Of a DNA stretch of 64,000 nt, positions 10,043 to 20,363 are shown piece after piece. The stretch comes from Candidatus Undinarchaeales archaeon (lineage in GTDB: Archaea; SpSt-1190; JASMDC01). Position 1 is the first letter of the stretch. Each line of letters opens with the position of its first letter. A model generated the notes under the pieces. It saw only the letters and a list, made by a program, of their open reading frames with translations. It was not told where the DNA came from and ran no database searches. The translations under genes and the position numbers were made by a program. The stretch covers positions 32,099 through 96,098 of the forward strand of contig JASMDC010000010.1 in NCBI GenBank assembly GCA_030753015.1, given 5' to 3'.

Positions 10043-13000
10043 TCACTGCTGGGGATAACGTCGCCTCTGTTGCTGACCCGGCTGTTGTTGCTGTTGGCCC
10101 ATGCCAGCTTGTTGTTGCTGCTGACCCGGTTGTTGTTGCTGCTGACCCGGTTGTTGTTGCTGCTGACCCGGTTGTTGTTGCTGTTGGCCCATGCCAGCTT
10201 GCTGCTGTTGTTGGGGATAGCGCTGGCCGTACTGCTGCTGCTGGTAGCCTCGCTGGTAGTAGCCGGTCTGGGGGCGTCCCTGCATCCCTGGTTGCTGCTG
10301 CTGCATCCCCGGTTGTTGCTGCATCCCCGGCTTCGGCGCAGCTCCTGCTTGCCCCCCTCCTCCAGCCTGGGCGAGCTTGGCCTGGAACGCGTTAGCCACT
10401 CCCGCCTCGCGCATGTAAGCCATATAGCCGACCACACCAAGTAAGGATCCGAGGAGTACGAACACGACGGAGAACCTGACGACCTTCTGGAGCGTGGAGA
10501 GCTCTACCGTGGCCGGCTTGATGGTGTTAGCGACGATGAAGTCGTTCTGCCGCGCAATCACCTTGTTGATGGTGGCGAGGGCCGTATCGTACTCGCCTTC
10601 GAAGTACTGCTCTTCGGCCTCGTTGATCATCTTCTGGATCTCGAGACGGCCGTCCTCGTCCTCCACCTTCCCGATCCGGCTCTTGGCCTCAGAGAGCTTG
10701 TACTCAACCTCCTCGACCATTGTCTCGTTCACATCACCTGATGGCTTCTTCGTGGGCTCCGGTGTGGTACTGGCGCCGGGTGAGGCGGACGGGTCCACGC
10801 TCGTATCAGGGGTGGGACTCGGTCCGGATGTGGGTGTGGTGCTGGGCTTGACCGTGGGCTTCGGTGTCGTCGAGGCCGATGGTGTGACGGTGGCATTGGG
10901 CTTGGTCGTTGGTGTTGCGGTCGCATTGGGGGCGACCGTTGCATTGGGCGAGATTGTGGCATTGGGGGCGACCGTTGCATTGGGCGTGAGAGTAGCGTTG
11001 GGCGTGACGGTGGCGTTTGGAACAGGAGTTGGCGTCGCCGATACATCGGGGGCCTCGATCAGTGCCGTGGTGTTGACGCACCCTTCGTTCTCCAGGGTAT
11101 CGCGACAGCACACCTTGATCGTCTGGTTGCCTGGTGGGAGGTTCAGGATCCAGGAAACCGATGCGTTGGGCGACTCGATGGACGCGTTGCCCTCGAGCAT
11201 GGACGAGAGGGGCGTAGAGCTGTTGATGGTCACGGCGCACCGCTCCACGGGGAGGTAGGCGTCGGCGACGGACGTAGCGTTGACAGTGAGATTGCCGGAC
11301 ACGGCAAGATCAAACGTCGGCGGATCCTGGTCCCGCACGAACACCGTCGTATTGGTGACCGAGTCGTAATCGCTGGAGCAGTTGACCTTCGCGGTGATAT
11401 TGCCCGTGTCGGTGATGCTGAAGGAAAGGTAGGCCGAGCCCTGCTTCTTGCCGCTTTCGAGCATGTCCAGCACGGGACCCTTGGTACCGTTCTCGTACAC
11501 CAGTCGGCCGGAGCATGATGCTATGTGCTTGCTTTTGTAATCGGCATAGATCATCGCAGTACGGTCGGTGATCGGCTCGATCGGGCGCACGGTGACGTTG
11601 ATGGTACCATTGAGGCCGAGCGCCTGGAACGTGCTGTTGTCGGTGACGTTCCAGCGGCCGCCCTCGTTGATGACCCATGCCCGTGCCGTGATATAGGTCC
11701 CTGCCGTGAGATTGGCCTGGGCGATGGTGAACGTGATGTCGACGAGCCCGCTCTTCCCCGATAGGTCCTCGGTGACGTTCTTGAACTCACCAGTCGCGTT
11801 GTGTTCGAACACGGCGCTCGTAAGAGCGAGGGCGTCACCCGCCTTAACATCGATATCGACGTCCTGGTCGGCCGTGACACTGTCCGGGATGTCGCTGATA
11901 GTGATGTTGGGCGCTCCCGGGTAGCGGAGCAGGGAGATGGTGGAGTTGTTGTTCCCAAGGACGCCCACCAGGAGGTCGCCGTGGCTGCCAAGTGCGATGG
12001 AGGCGATCCGTTCGCCGGGCCACGTACGCGTCGCCAGCTCGTTGAGGTCCTTGTCGAGCAGCACGACCTTGCCACCTTCACCGGGCTTACCGCCACCTGC
12101 CACGAGCTCGATCTCATCGGAGGAGATCGCACCGGGGATGAGGTCGCCGAATGTGGCGATGGAGAGCGGAGCGATGTCGGTCACGGGGGTGAGAGGGGTA
12201 CCCGTGGCTGCGTACTTTGTGATGTCCGTGACGAGCACGTTCTGGTCCTGGATGCCCAGGATGATCTCCTTGAACCCGTAATCGGTCCCGATGGGGCCGT
12301 CATTGTCGATGATGTCGGCGGCGACGATCCTGCGGATATCGGTCCAACTGGGATCGGTGACCGATTTGATCTCGTCGAAGGCCTGAAGCCCGCGCTGGAG
12401 GATCACCAGCTTCGAGGTCACTCCGTTGCTCAGGGCCACGACGACCTCCTTGGTTCCGATGGCCTCCTCGTAGAGATTCTTGACATCGAGGTCCGAGACC
12501 GTGGTGTTCTCGTCCCAGGTCGTGACGGGAATGCTGCCGTCGAAGAGCTCGAGGTCCTTGGTGAGGATCTTGAGGAAAGGCCGCTTCTCATCGGCCGCCA
12601 CAGGGAGGTAGAATCCCCCGACCAGGATCTCAAGGGTTGTGCTCGAGATCTCGATGTCGGCGACATGGAGGGCGGTCGCGTAGGTCATGCGTCCGTCATG
12701 CGTCCAGTTCAGCTGCTTGACCATGTTGAGCTCACGGTTGAACACGATCACCTGGGATGTGACGTTCGTCGGATCGGTGGTGTTGTAGTTGAAGTTGGCC
12801 GTCACGACGATCTCCTTGAGGTCGTCGCCGTCGAGGTCCACGACCTCCATATCAGTGAACTGGTAGCCCCGTCCTAACAGGTCCCAGTTCATCAGCGACT
12901 TGACGGTCGTGGAGGGATCGGCCTCGTTAGCGAAGAAGATGAACGCCTTGTCCTTGGTCCCCGCGGGAGCTAATATGTGCCCGGCCATGACGATGGTGTC

Positions 13001-13159
13001 CGGCTCGCCGGGCCCCAGGGGCGTCTTGGCCACCTTGAGGATCTGGATATCGCCTGAGGACGTGTCGCTGGCGGTCTCGATGAGGGTGTAGGCGGCGAGG
13101 GCCGGTCGTAGGAGTAGAAGTATAAGAACTCCCAGTACCAAGAGGCGTCCCCTCTTCAT
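10043..13159 (-). CDS. Large cell-surface glycoprotein: signal peptide, FG-GAP/VCBS-like repeats, beta-rich domains, Pro/Thr linker, TM anchor, Gln-rich tail
   Basis: N-terminal hydrophobic signal; repeated DLDGDDLKEIVV-like motifs; many N-x-T sequons; one TM near the C-terminus followed by a poly-Q tail. Confidence 0.75.
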   Translation of the reverse strand: MKRGRLLVLGVLILLLLRPALAAYTLIETASDTSSGDIQILKVAKTPLGPGEPDTIVMAGHILAPAGTKDKAFIFFANEADPSTTVKSLMNWDLLGRGYQFTDMEVVDLDGDDLKEIVVTANFNYNTTDPTNVTSQVIVFNRELNMVKQLNWTHDGRMTYATALHVADIEISSTTLEILVGGFYLPVAADEKRPFLKILTKDLELFDGSIPVTTWDENTTVSDLDVKNLYEEAIGTKEVVVALSNGVTSKLVILQRGLQAFDEIKSVTDPSWTDIRRIVAADIIDNDGPIGTDYGFKEIILGIQDQNVLVTDITKYAATGTPLTPVTDIAPLSIATFGDLIPGAISSDEIELVAGGGKPGEGGKVVLLDKDLNELATRTWPGERIASIALGSHGDLLVGVLGNNNSTISLLRYPGAPNITISDIPDSVTADQDVDIDVKAGDALALTSAVFEHNATGEFKNVTEDLSGKSGLVDITFTIAQANLTAGTYITARAWVINEGGRWNVTDNSTFQALGLNGTINVTVRPIEPITDRTAMIYADYKSKHIASCSGRLVYENGTKGPVLDMLESGKKQGSAYLSFSITDTGNITAKVNCSSDYDSVTNTTVFVRDQDPPTFDLAVSGNLTVNATSVADAYLPVERCAVTINSSTPLSSMLEGNASIESPNASVSWILNLPPGNQTIKVCCRDTLENEGCVNTTALIEAPDVSATPTPVPNATVTPNATLTPNATVAPNATISPNATVAPNATATPTTKPNATVTPSASTTPKPTVKPSTTPTSGPSPTPDTSVDPSASPGASTTPEPTKKPSGDVNETMVEEVEYKLSEAKSRIGKVEDEDGRLEIQKMINEAEEQYFEGEYDTALATINKVIARQNDFIVANTIKPATVELSTLQKVVRFSVVFVLLGSLLGVVGYMAYMREAGVANAFQAKLAQAGGGGQAGAAPKPGMQQQPGMQQQQPGMQGRPQTGYYQRGYQQQQYGQRYPQQQQQAGMGQQQQQPGQQQQQPGQQQQQPGQQQQQAGMGQQQQQPGQQQRRRYPQQ
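10067..10330 (-). repeat. Coding low-complexity repeats (PGQQQQQ, AGMGQQQQQ, PGMQQQ)
   Basis: Tandem GTT/GCT-rich units seen directly in the sequence. Confidence 0.9.
10890..11025 (-). repeat. Coding 18-bp tandem repeats encoding PNAT-x-x
   Basis: PNATVT PNATLT PNATVA PNATIS PNATVA PNATAT ... PNATVT; boundaries approximate. Confidence 0.85.
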
Positions 13160-13292
13160 GTATACATTACCTCCTGCGTAGTATTTATCCTTTACAGTAC
13201 GACTACTTAAGTCTCAATGATTTATAAAGCAGCATTGGATCGTAGGGTTACGCACGGCACCCCCATCCTACGTACGGCCGCTCTACGGACCT

Positions 13293-16200
13293 CTATCCCG
13301 CAACGGTGACCTCACCGGCCGCACTTTCTGCCGTTATCGCCGGGTTGTAGTAGGCGTAGGCCTTGCTCACCGGGATCTTGGCCTTCACCGGAAAGAGCGA
13401 CATCATCTTGAAGGAGAGGGCGAGCTCCTTATCTCTGGGCAGGTCGTCGATGTACAGTACGATCTTGCGCCCGGCCGTCTCGAACCGCATGATGGTGCCA
13501 TCCTCCAAGAGCGTGTCGAGTGAACCGGGATTGGCAGCGAATCCCGTGGGCACAGCGACGTCCACAAGGAGCATACCTGTGGAGGAACCCGAGCCGCGGT
13601 ACGTCACCGACACGTCCACGTCGATGAGGGCGGAGACGGCCACATCGGCCGTGTCATAAGTGACCTGAAGGTCGAGGTCCGGCGTCGGTGCGGCCTCGAG
13701 CAGGGCGGGCTCATGCCAGATACTGACGACCTGGGTGGACACCTCGCCGGAACCGTCGCCCACGAGCGAGACCGTGGCCGTGCCGCTGGGGACCTCAACG
13801 GTCTGGAGCACGTCGAAGTTGTCCTGATTAACATCCAGAGCGGCCACCTCGGTCCCGTCCGCGAGCACCCTGACGCTGAGATCGACCTCCCGGGCTTGTG
13901 AGCGAGCGGCGAGCATGAGTGTCTTGAAGGCCATCACCGTGTCCTGGGTGGAGCCGTACCCGCCGCGGCTGTTGCGCTGCGAGTGTATCCACTTGACGAT
14001 GCCGGCGGCCTCGGGACGCTTGAGCTCCATGAGGAGGATGGCAGCGTACGAAGCGGTCTCCACGGCCACGGTCGCGGGCTGGACGTGCAGGTCCTTGCCC
14101 TCGGTCACGGGCGCACCGAACGACGTCCCCTTCTCCCCCACCTGGGAGAGGTCGAGGACCATGTCGGCTGCCCGCTCGGCATCGGGCGAGGCTAGCCTGT
14201 TGAGGGCGAGCCCGGCGATGGAAAGGGCGTACGCGTCGCTCTTCGCGCTGTCGAGTTCGGCCTCCAGATAGGAGCGCGCTTTGTCGAGCACACCAGAGGG
14301 TGCTCGGCCGTAGTCGGAGAGGGCGAGCACGGTGTAGGCCGTGAGGCCGAAGGTGCCGGAGAGGCCGCCGGAGAGGTCCTTATGACAGAGGAACCCGACA
14401 GGTGCCCATGAGCCATCGGCACCCTGGTGGCTCACGATCCAGTCGGCGGTGCGGTCCATCACGCCCTCGTCGATGGTCATGAGCTCGCGGGCACCGCTGA
14501 AGGTCATAAGGACGAAGGCGGTCAGCCACAGGCTCCCCTCGGGATCTGAGTTACCGAAGGCGGAGAATGAGCCGTCAGTTCGCTGGAAGGTCAGCTCCCG
14601 TTGGTACCCCGTCTGCATGAGGAACTCCGACTTGGCGCGGATCTCGGGAGTGAGCTGGTCGCTTTGCTTGAGGTAGCGGAGCATCTCCGTGTTAGGCGCC
14701 ATCCTGATCATGGTCTGCTCGCCGCATCCGGTGGGGAGGGTTAGGAGGTTCTCGACACCGGTGATCGCCTGGGCGGCCAGGCTAGGCGTTACGTGCACGA
14801 GCACCTTGTCCGAGTCTGGGACGAGATCGACGGGCATGGACACGTCAACGTCGGTGCGCTGGCCGGCCGAGAGCATCGCGTTCTCCACCGACTCGCGACG
14901 GGTGCCCTCGGGATCCACGATGAGGGTCTTTACGACCGCGTCGGCCTTGTTCGGGCCCCTGGCCGTGATGCGCACCTTCCTGGTGCCGACCTTCGTGGGC
15001 CGGATGACGTACGTGACGGACCGGACGCCACTGGGCTCGACCTCCACCTCGGCGTCCGCGCCGGACACCAGGTCGTACCAGTCGCCGCCCTCCAGCGTCA
15101 CCTGGACCTTCTGGGGCACACCCAGGTAGTTGTACACCTGGACCTTGACCGGGAACTCCTCGCCGCGGATGACCGCGTATGGGAGGTCGGGATCCGCAAA
15201 GAACTCCTGGAACACCTTCAGGCTCCCCTCTGCGATGCCGAGACCTGCTGACGACGAGGATACCGCGTGGAGCCTCCATGTGGTGATGGAGTCTGGTACC
15301 GAGAGCGACATGGTGGCCGTTCCGTCGTCTGCGGTCTCCAAGTCAGGCACCCACATCCACGTCTCCGGGAAGAACTGGCGCACTCGCTCGACCTCGGCGA
15401 GCTCCTGGCCGTCGCTATCGTCGGCTGCCTGCGTCTTCTTTTCCATGGGCGCTGCTGCCATCATCCTCTTTGGAACCGCCATGACCGCTTTTTCGACCAT
15501 GTCGAATTCCATCGCCTCCTCGAAGAGACCACCGGGCGCCATGCCCCCGCGCATACCGATATCGGCCTCCTGCGTGCGTGGCACCACGAGGTCGTCCGAG
15601 GCGAGAACTATCAGCCCTGCCTCCTCCAGCGTCTCCCACGCGCCCTGCGGGGGTTTGTACGATGGCCCCCACCGATTGATATCGGGCTTCGGATGTGCCT
15701 CGGCGGACGGCTCCATGAACCGCCGCTCCAGCTCGTCGAACACCTGGCGGAGATTGAGGCGACCCTCGCTGAGGGCGAACACCGATTCGTCCACGATGGC
15801 GAACCCTATCTCGGACCTGCGCTGGGCGTCGAAGGACACAGTGACCGTGTCCCCCGGTGCCGCCTCATCCTTGTCGAATTCAGCGGTGAGCTCTACCGGG
15901 AGCTTCAGCTCAACATCGAAGGGCAGTGTGTCTGCGGCCACTTCGCTATCGGGATTGATGCGATAGGCCACGATCTTGGCCGACGGTGCCATGGTGGGCG
16001 TGACGGCGAAGGAGATAGCGTTACCGTCGCTCGCACCCGAGAACACCGTGCGCCCTCCGGCTACGACGTCGTAGAATGTCGTGCCCGGGAAGGTGGCGTG
16101 GGCCTCGGCCTCGAACAGCGTTCCGATCCCGATAACGCCTCTGGTCTTCTGGGCAAGATGGATGAACGAGGAGCTTGGCGAGTAGGCCAGTGTGAGGTCG

Positions 16201-17945
16201 AGCGAGGCGGTGGTCCCCTGGGCCGCAGCGGATACCGATCCCTTCTGAGTAGTGTTGGGGGGCGTGTAGGTCACAAGGGCCATACCGTTCTTCGTCTCGA
16301 CCGTCCGATCCGTTGATGTCCCCTCGCTCCACATGTCGTCGCTGAAGGCGGTCGACAGGACAACTTCCGCATCCACGGGCACGCCATCGGGCGTTTTGGT
16401 GATGACCAGGAGGTCAAAGGGCAGCCCGGGCTTGATCGTCGGGCTCTCGGCGATGAGCTGGATGACCAGCGGCGACTCGACGACCTTCAGAAGACGGGAT
16501 TCCTTCTCCTCGTGGTCGCCCGTGTCGGTGACGGTGATGTTGAGCATCAGCGAGCCCGCCCCTCCGGCGCCCACGGTCCCTGCAGCGAAACCAGCGGCAG
16601 CGAGATCGAACTCGGTGTTCCCCTCATCATCGAGCTCGGCGGTGTATGTAGCGTACTCCTCCCACACCCCGCGGTACACCGACGCTACGATCTCGGCCGT
16701 CCCCTTCACGGGCTTGCCAAAGAAGTAATTTCCTGACACCGAGCCCTTAACCTTCTCGTCGACGAGCACCCATTCCTTCTCCATGTCGACCTCGATCTTG
16801 AACTTGGGGAGCACGTACTTCTCCACGCGCACGTCCACCGTCGCCTCGGCGTCGCCCGATGTCGCCGTGACCTTCCAGGTGCCAAGGTTGAGCTCGGTGG
16901 CCAGTGGGAGGTCGAAGGACAAAGAGCCCCAGCCGGAGGACGTGTCCACCTTCTTGAAGACCTTGATGCCCTTCGCGTCCTGGACGCTCACCTCGAGGGG
17001 TGCTGACACGGGGCGAAGCTCGGCATCGAGCACCAGCACGCGGCCGCGGATCGTCTGTCCCGGCTTGTAGATCGGCTTGTCCGTCTCGATGAACAGCAGG
17101 CGTCCGACCTTGATGGAAACGTCGCCGGTCAGGTGGTCCGGGCCGGACTCGATTATGAGTCGGTAACCGCCCTCGGGCACATCAGGGACGGTGAAGGGAG
17201 CGAGCACGTGGCCGTCGGTACCGGTCTTCCCCTCGTAGACCATGGAGGGGGGTTCGTCGTCCTTGTTGAGGAGGAGGAGGGTGATAGGGGTGTCCGGGAC
17301 AGGGCCCCCTTTCTCATCTGTGACGGTGACCGTAGCGGCCGCGCTCCCTCCAGCGTAGAGTGTATCAGTGGTGACGAGCATGACCCGGTGGTCGGTGGCA
17401 GGGATGAGCGTCGTGGCGGTCGTACCCTTGATGTCCACGGCATGGGCGGCCAGTTCCGTCGTGTGCTCCTTGAACCGGGCGAGCAGGTCGGTACAGAGCG
17501 CGGTCTGGTCCCGGCCCCAACCGGCCACGACGATCGCGTAACGATTATCGGAGAGCCTGTTCTTGTACGCGCGCACCACGGCCCGCGGCTCTGTACAAGG
17601 CCAGGTTCGACCTGCACAGAAGTCCCACTTGGTGAGCCTGAGCTCTCGGGCGAAGCTGTTGACGGCGGGCCCGCCCACTACGATGAGATGGGCCTCCTGC
17701 CGGCTCCATGGCGTCAACTGGTCATCAGCGGACGAGATGGCGTCGAAGCCTGCGGCACGCAAACCCTTCTCCAGGGCCTTTGCAGCGGTCTCGTCATCAG
17801 CGTGGGCGGATGCGCCCCAGACGACGATCACCGTGTCGTCACCTATTCCCGCGATGGCCTCGTTGACGGACACTGCGGCAAGTCCCTGGCTGCATATCAG
17901 TGCCAAGATCAATAGGAAATGGAACGGTCGTACTCGGGCTCCCAT
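13293..17945 (-). CDS. Alpha-2-macroglobulin / thioester-containing protein with N-terminal S-layer-like domain
   Basis: Signal peptide; ETDKPIYKPGQ, EKYVLPKF, RQFFPETWMW, PDSITTW, GCGEQ thioester, DGSFSAFG, WLTAFV, STQDT motifs. Confidence 0.93.
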   Translation of the reverse strand: MGARVRPFHFLLILALICSQGLAAVSVNEAIAGIGDDTVIVVWGASAHADDETAAKALEKGLRAAGFDAISSADDQLTPWSRQEAHLIVVGGPAVNSFARELRLTKWDFCAGRTWPCTEPRAVVRAYKNRLSDNRYAIVVAGWGRDQTALCTDLLARFKEHTTELAAHAVDIKGTTATTLIPATDHRVMLVTTDTLYAGGSAAATVTVTDEKGGPVPDTPITLLLLNKDDEPPSMVYEGKTGTDGHVLAPFTVPDVPEGGYRLIIESGPDHLTGDVSIKVGRLLFIETDKPIYKPGQTIRGRVLVLDAELRPVSAPLEVSVQDAKGIKVFKKVDTSSGWGSLSFDLPLATELNLGTWKVTATSGDAEATVDVRVEKYVLPKFKIEVDMEKEWVLVDEKVKGSVSGNYFFGKPVKGTAEIVASVYRGVWEEYATYTAELDDEGNTEFDLAAAGFAAGTVGAGGAGSLMLNITVTDTGDHEEKESRLLKVVESPLVIQLIAESPTIKPGLPFDLLVITKTPDGVPVDAEVVLSTAFSDDMWSEGTSTDRTVETKNGMALVTYTPPNTTQKGSVSAAAQGTTASLDLTLAYSPSSSFIHLAQKTRGVIGIGTLFEAEAHATFPGTTFYDVVAGGRTVFSGASDGNAISFAVTPTMAPSAKIVAYRINPDSEVAADTLPFDVELKLPVELTAEFDKDEAAPGDTVTVSFDAQRRSEIGFAIVDESVFALSEGRLNLRQVFDELERRFMEPSAEAHPKPDINRWGPSYKPPQGAWETLEEAGLIVLASDDLVVPRTQEADIGMRGGMAPGGLFEEAMEFDMVEKAVMAVPKRMMAAAPMEKKTQAADDSDGQELAEVERVRQFFPETWMWVPDLETADDGTATMSLSVPDSITTWRLHAVSSSSAGLGIAEGSLKVFQEFFADPDLPYAVIRGEEFPVKVQVYNYLGVPQKVQVTLEGGDWYDLVSGADAEVEVEPSGVRSVTYVIRPTKVGTRKVRITARGPNKADAVVKTLIVDPEGTRRESVENAMLSAGQRTDVDVSMPVDLVPDSDKVLVHVTPSLAAQAITGVENLLTLPTGCGEQTMIRMAPNTEMLRYLKQSDQLTPEIRAKSEFLMQTGYQRELTFQRTDGSFSAFGNSDPEGSLWLTAFVLMTFSGARELMTIDEGVMDRTADWIVSHQGADGSWAPVGFLCHKDLSGGLSGTFGLTAYTVLALSDYGRAPSGVLDKARSYLEAELDSAKSDAYALSIAGLALNRLASPDAERAADMVLDLSQVGEKGTSFGAPVTEGKDLHVQPATVAVETASYAAILLMELKRPEAAGIVKWIHSQRNSRGGYGSTQDTVMAFKTLMLAARSQAREVDLSVRVLADGTEVAALDVNQDNFDVLQTVEVPSGTATVSLVGDGSGEVSTQVVSIWHEPALLEAAPTPDLDLQVTYDTADVAVSALIDVDVSVTYRGSGSSTGMLLVDVAVPTGFAANPGSLDTLLEDGTIMRFETAGRKIVLYIDDLPRDKELALSFKMMSLFPVKAKIPVSKAYAYYNPAITAESAAGEVTVAG

Positions 17946-18064
17946 ACCAGATTGATAGGCTTGCAGGGCTTAAAAACCGGCGTGTTTTTCTAGGGTTGAC
18001 ACCACACGGTCGTTCATAACGGAAAGAAAACGTTTTTATAGAGCCTCTGGGGCTCGGCGTCCTC

Positions 18065-18811
18065 GTGGACGCCGGGTATGATATCGTGCTTAGTGACTTC
18101 GACGGCACGATATACCACGAGGGCAAGATAGATCCCGAGGTCGTCGAGGCCTTCCGCCGAGAGCACGAGGAAGGACGACGTGTAGGGATCGTCACCGGGG
18201 CAGGTGTTGACCACGTTCTTGACTGCCTCGAGGAGACCGGTGCCACTGAAATGCTCCAGTACGTCGACTTCATCGCCACCCAGTCGGCGGCCGAGTTCCA
18301 CACCCTTGAGAACGGTGAGGTGACCGAGAGCATCTACCTCGTGACCGATGAGGTCCGGGACCTCGTGGCCGAGCTCCACCCCCGGTTCGAGGAGATCTGC
18401 GGAGGGTCCACTTTCAACTGGGGCGGATCCCTCGGGTACATCACCGGCGACGATATCGAGCGACGCGACAGCATCGCCAAAGAGCTCAGGGAAGAGTTCT
18501 CACCTTACGGGCTCAAGGTGCAGACCTGGGCCACCGGTGTAGGCATCTCCCCGGTGACCAAGTACGACGGACTGGACCGGTACTTTACCGAGCATGAGGG
18601 TGAGATACCAGTTGCTCTCGCTCTCGGCGATAGCGAGAACGATGTCCCGCTATTCACCTTTGCCAAGGAGCACGGTGGGTACGCTGGTCAGGTGGGGAAC
18701 GGTCGAGACCTTGATTTCCCGGTCGACTACAAGGCGACGGCACACGCTGGTGCGGGCGTGGCCGAAATCATCGATCACTACCGCGATATGCCGGACGGGT
18801 ACGCTCTCTAA
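18065..18811 (+). CDS. HAD-superfamily hydrolase (Cof/IIB-like)
   Basis: DFDGT, VTG, K and GDSENDV motifs. Confidence 0.85.
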   Translation: MDAGYDIVLSDFDGTIYHEGKIDPEVVEAFRREHEEGRRVGIVTGAGVDHVLDCLEETGATEMLQYVDFIATQSAAEFHTLENGEVTESIYLVTDEVRDLVAELHPRFEEICGGSTFNWGGSLGYITGDDIERRDSIAKELREEFSPYGLKVQTWATGVGISPVTKYDGLDRYFTEHEGEIPVALALGDSENDVPLFTFAKEHGGYAGQVGNGRDLDFPVDYKATAHAGAGVAEIIDHYRDMPDGYAL

Positions 18812-18842
18812 ACCTAATCCTTCGTGTCCCGGGAAGGGCACC

Positions 18843-18961
18843 ATGTGTCGCACCATAGCGTGATACTGAGTGTCGCTGGATGCTGAAGGGGCATCACCAA
18901 TACGTTACGGTCGCTCCTAATGTGCCCATGGAAGTGCCAAGATGTGTCGCACTATAGCGTG
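18843..18961. repeat. Intergenic 20-bp direct repeat pair
   Basis: ATGTGTCGCACCATAGCGTG (18843-18862) and ATGTGTCGCACTATAGCGTG (18942-18961), one mismatch. Confidence 0.8.
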
Positions 18962-19044
18962 TCACGAGGATACGCCCACCAGTGATTAACTATTTATACC
19001 GCTTTACCTGCCGAATCCGGCTGTCAGTCAGACGGTGATATACC

Positions 19045-20280
19045 ATGCGCGACCTGATCGATCGGTTCCTGGATTATGTCAAGGTGGAGACTACCTCGGA
19101 CGAGGGGTCTGATACCTTCCCGAGCACCCCCGGGCAGAGGGTGCTGGGGCAGAAGCTGGTGGACGAACTGCATGGACTGGGCCTCACCGATGCCGCTATG
19201 GACGCGAACGGCTACGTGTTCGCCACGCTGTCGGGCAATCTCGCTGACAACTCCGCAGTCCCTGTCGTGGGATTGCTTGCTCACATGGATACATCCGACG
19301 GAGCATCAGGCAAGGACGTGAATCCCATCGTGCACCGCGATTATCAGGGTGGTGATATCGTGCTGCCCGGCGATCCGTCAGTGGTCATCACCGAGGCCGA
19401 CAACCCGGACCTCGCAAACTACGTTGGCCAGGACATAATAACCGCCGACGGTACCACGCTCCTAGGCGCAGACGACAAGGCCGGTATCGCCGAGACCATG
19501 ACCGCTGTGGAGTACCTGCTCGCCCACCCGGAGATCAAGCACGGGGACATCCGCATCGGGTTCACACCGGACGAGGAGATCGGCCAAGGGACCGACCACT
19601 TCGACGTGGCGGCCTTCGGAGCCGACGTGGCCTACACCATCGACGGCGGCCGCCTCGGCGAGCTGGAGAACGAGAACTTCAACGCCGCTACTGCCGTGTA
19701 CACCATCAATGGCGTGAACGTCCACCCTGGTGACGCCTACGGGAAGATGAAGAACGCCGCTCTCATCGCCGGTGAGCTCTCACAAATGCTGCCCGCTGAC
19801 GAGACGCCCGCAACCACCCGTGACAGGGAGGGCTTCTTCCACCTCTACGATATGAAGGCCGATGAATCCGAGGGGACGCTCAAGTACCTCGTCAGGGACC
19901 ATGACGCCGCGAAGTTCGAGGAACGGAAGGACCAGCTCCAGCTGTACGCCGACTTCCTCAACGTCGTGTACGGTGCCGGCACCATAGAGCTCACAATCAC
20001 CGACTCCTACAAGAACATGAAAGAGGTGCTTGACCAGCACCCCGAGGCCACCGAGAACGCAGCAGTGGCCTACCGACGGGCCGGTGTGGATCCCGAGATC
20101 GTTCCGATCCGAGGCGGGACCGATGGCGCTCGCCTCTCGTTCATGGGGCTGCCCTGTCCGAACGTGTTCACCGGTGGCCACAACTACCACGGGAAGCTCG
20201 AGTACATCCCGGTCCGGTCCATGGAGAAGGCTGTCGAGGTCATCGTCAACATCGCCGAGGTCTACGCCGAGGGCGTATAG
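19045..20280 (+). CDS. pepT: Peptidase T (M20B tripeptidase)
   Basis: AHMDT, TTLLGADDKAG, FTPDEEIG, ENFNAA, PIRGGTDGARLSFMGLPCPN motifs. Confidence 0.95.
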   Translation: MRDLIDRFLDYVKVETTSDEGSDTFPSTPGQRVLGQKLVDELHGLGLTDAAMDANGYVFATLSGNLADNSAVPVVGLLAHMDTSDGASGKDVNPIVHRDYQGGDIVLPGDPSVVITEADNPDLANYVGQDIITADGTTLLGADDKAGIAETMTAVEYLLAHPEIKHGDIRIGFTPDEEIGQGTDHFDVAAFGADVAYTIDGGRLGELENENFNAATAVYTINGVNVHPGDAYGKMKNAALIAGELSQMLPADETPATTRDREGFFHLYDMKADESEGTLKYLVRDHDAAKFEERKDQLQLYADFLNVVYGAGTIELTITDSYKNMKEVLDQHPEATENAAVAYRRAGVDPEIVPIRGGTDGARLSFMGLPCPNVFTGGHNYHGKLEYIPVRSMEKAVEVIVNIAEVYAEGV

Positions 20281-20363
20281 GCCGCCTTCCGAAGAAGTAA
20301 TCCCTCCGACAGTTGTCAGGATTCCTATGACCGTGGGTTCTCGGGGACCGAGTGGGCTAGCTG

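Noticed and set aside
10067-10330. Non-coding tandem repeat or CRISPR
   Set aside because: The repeats are in frame within the surface-protein CDS and encode poly-Gln units.
9724-10440. 238-aa histone with a long N-terminal tail (ORF track)
   Set aside because: The extension is an alternate frame of the upstream Gln-rich gene and crosses the histone promoter; the real start is 9927.
18843-18961. Mini CRISPR array
   Set aside because: Only two 20-bp copies with a 79-bp gap, outside normal repeat and spacer sizes, and no cas genes in the window.
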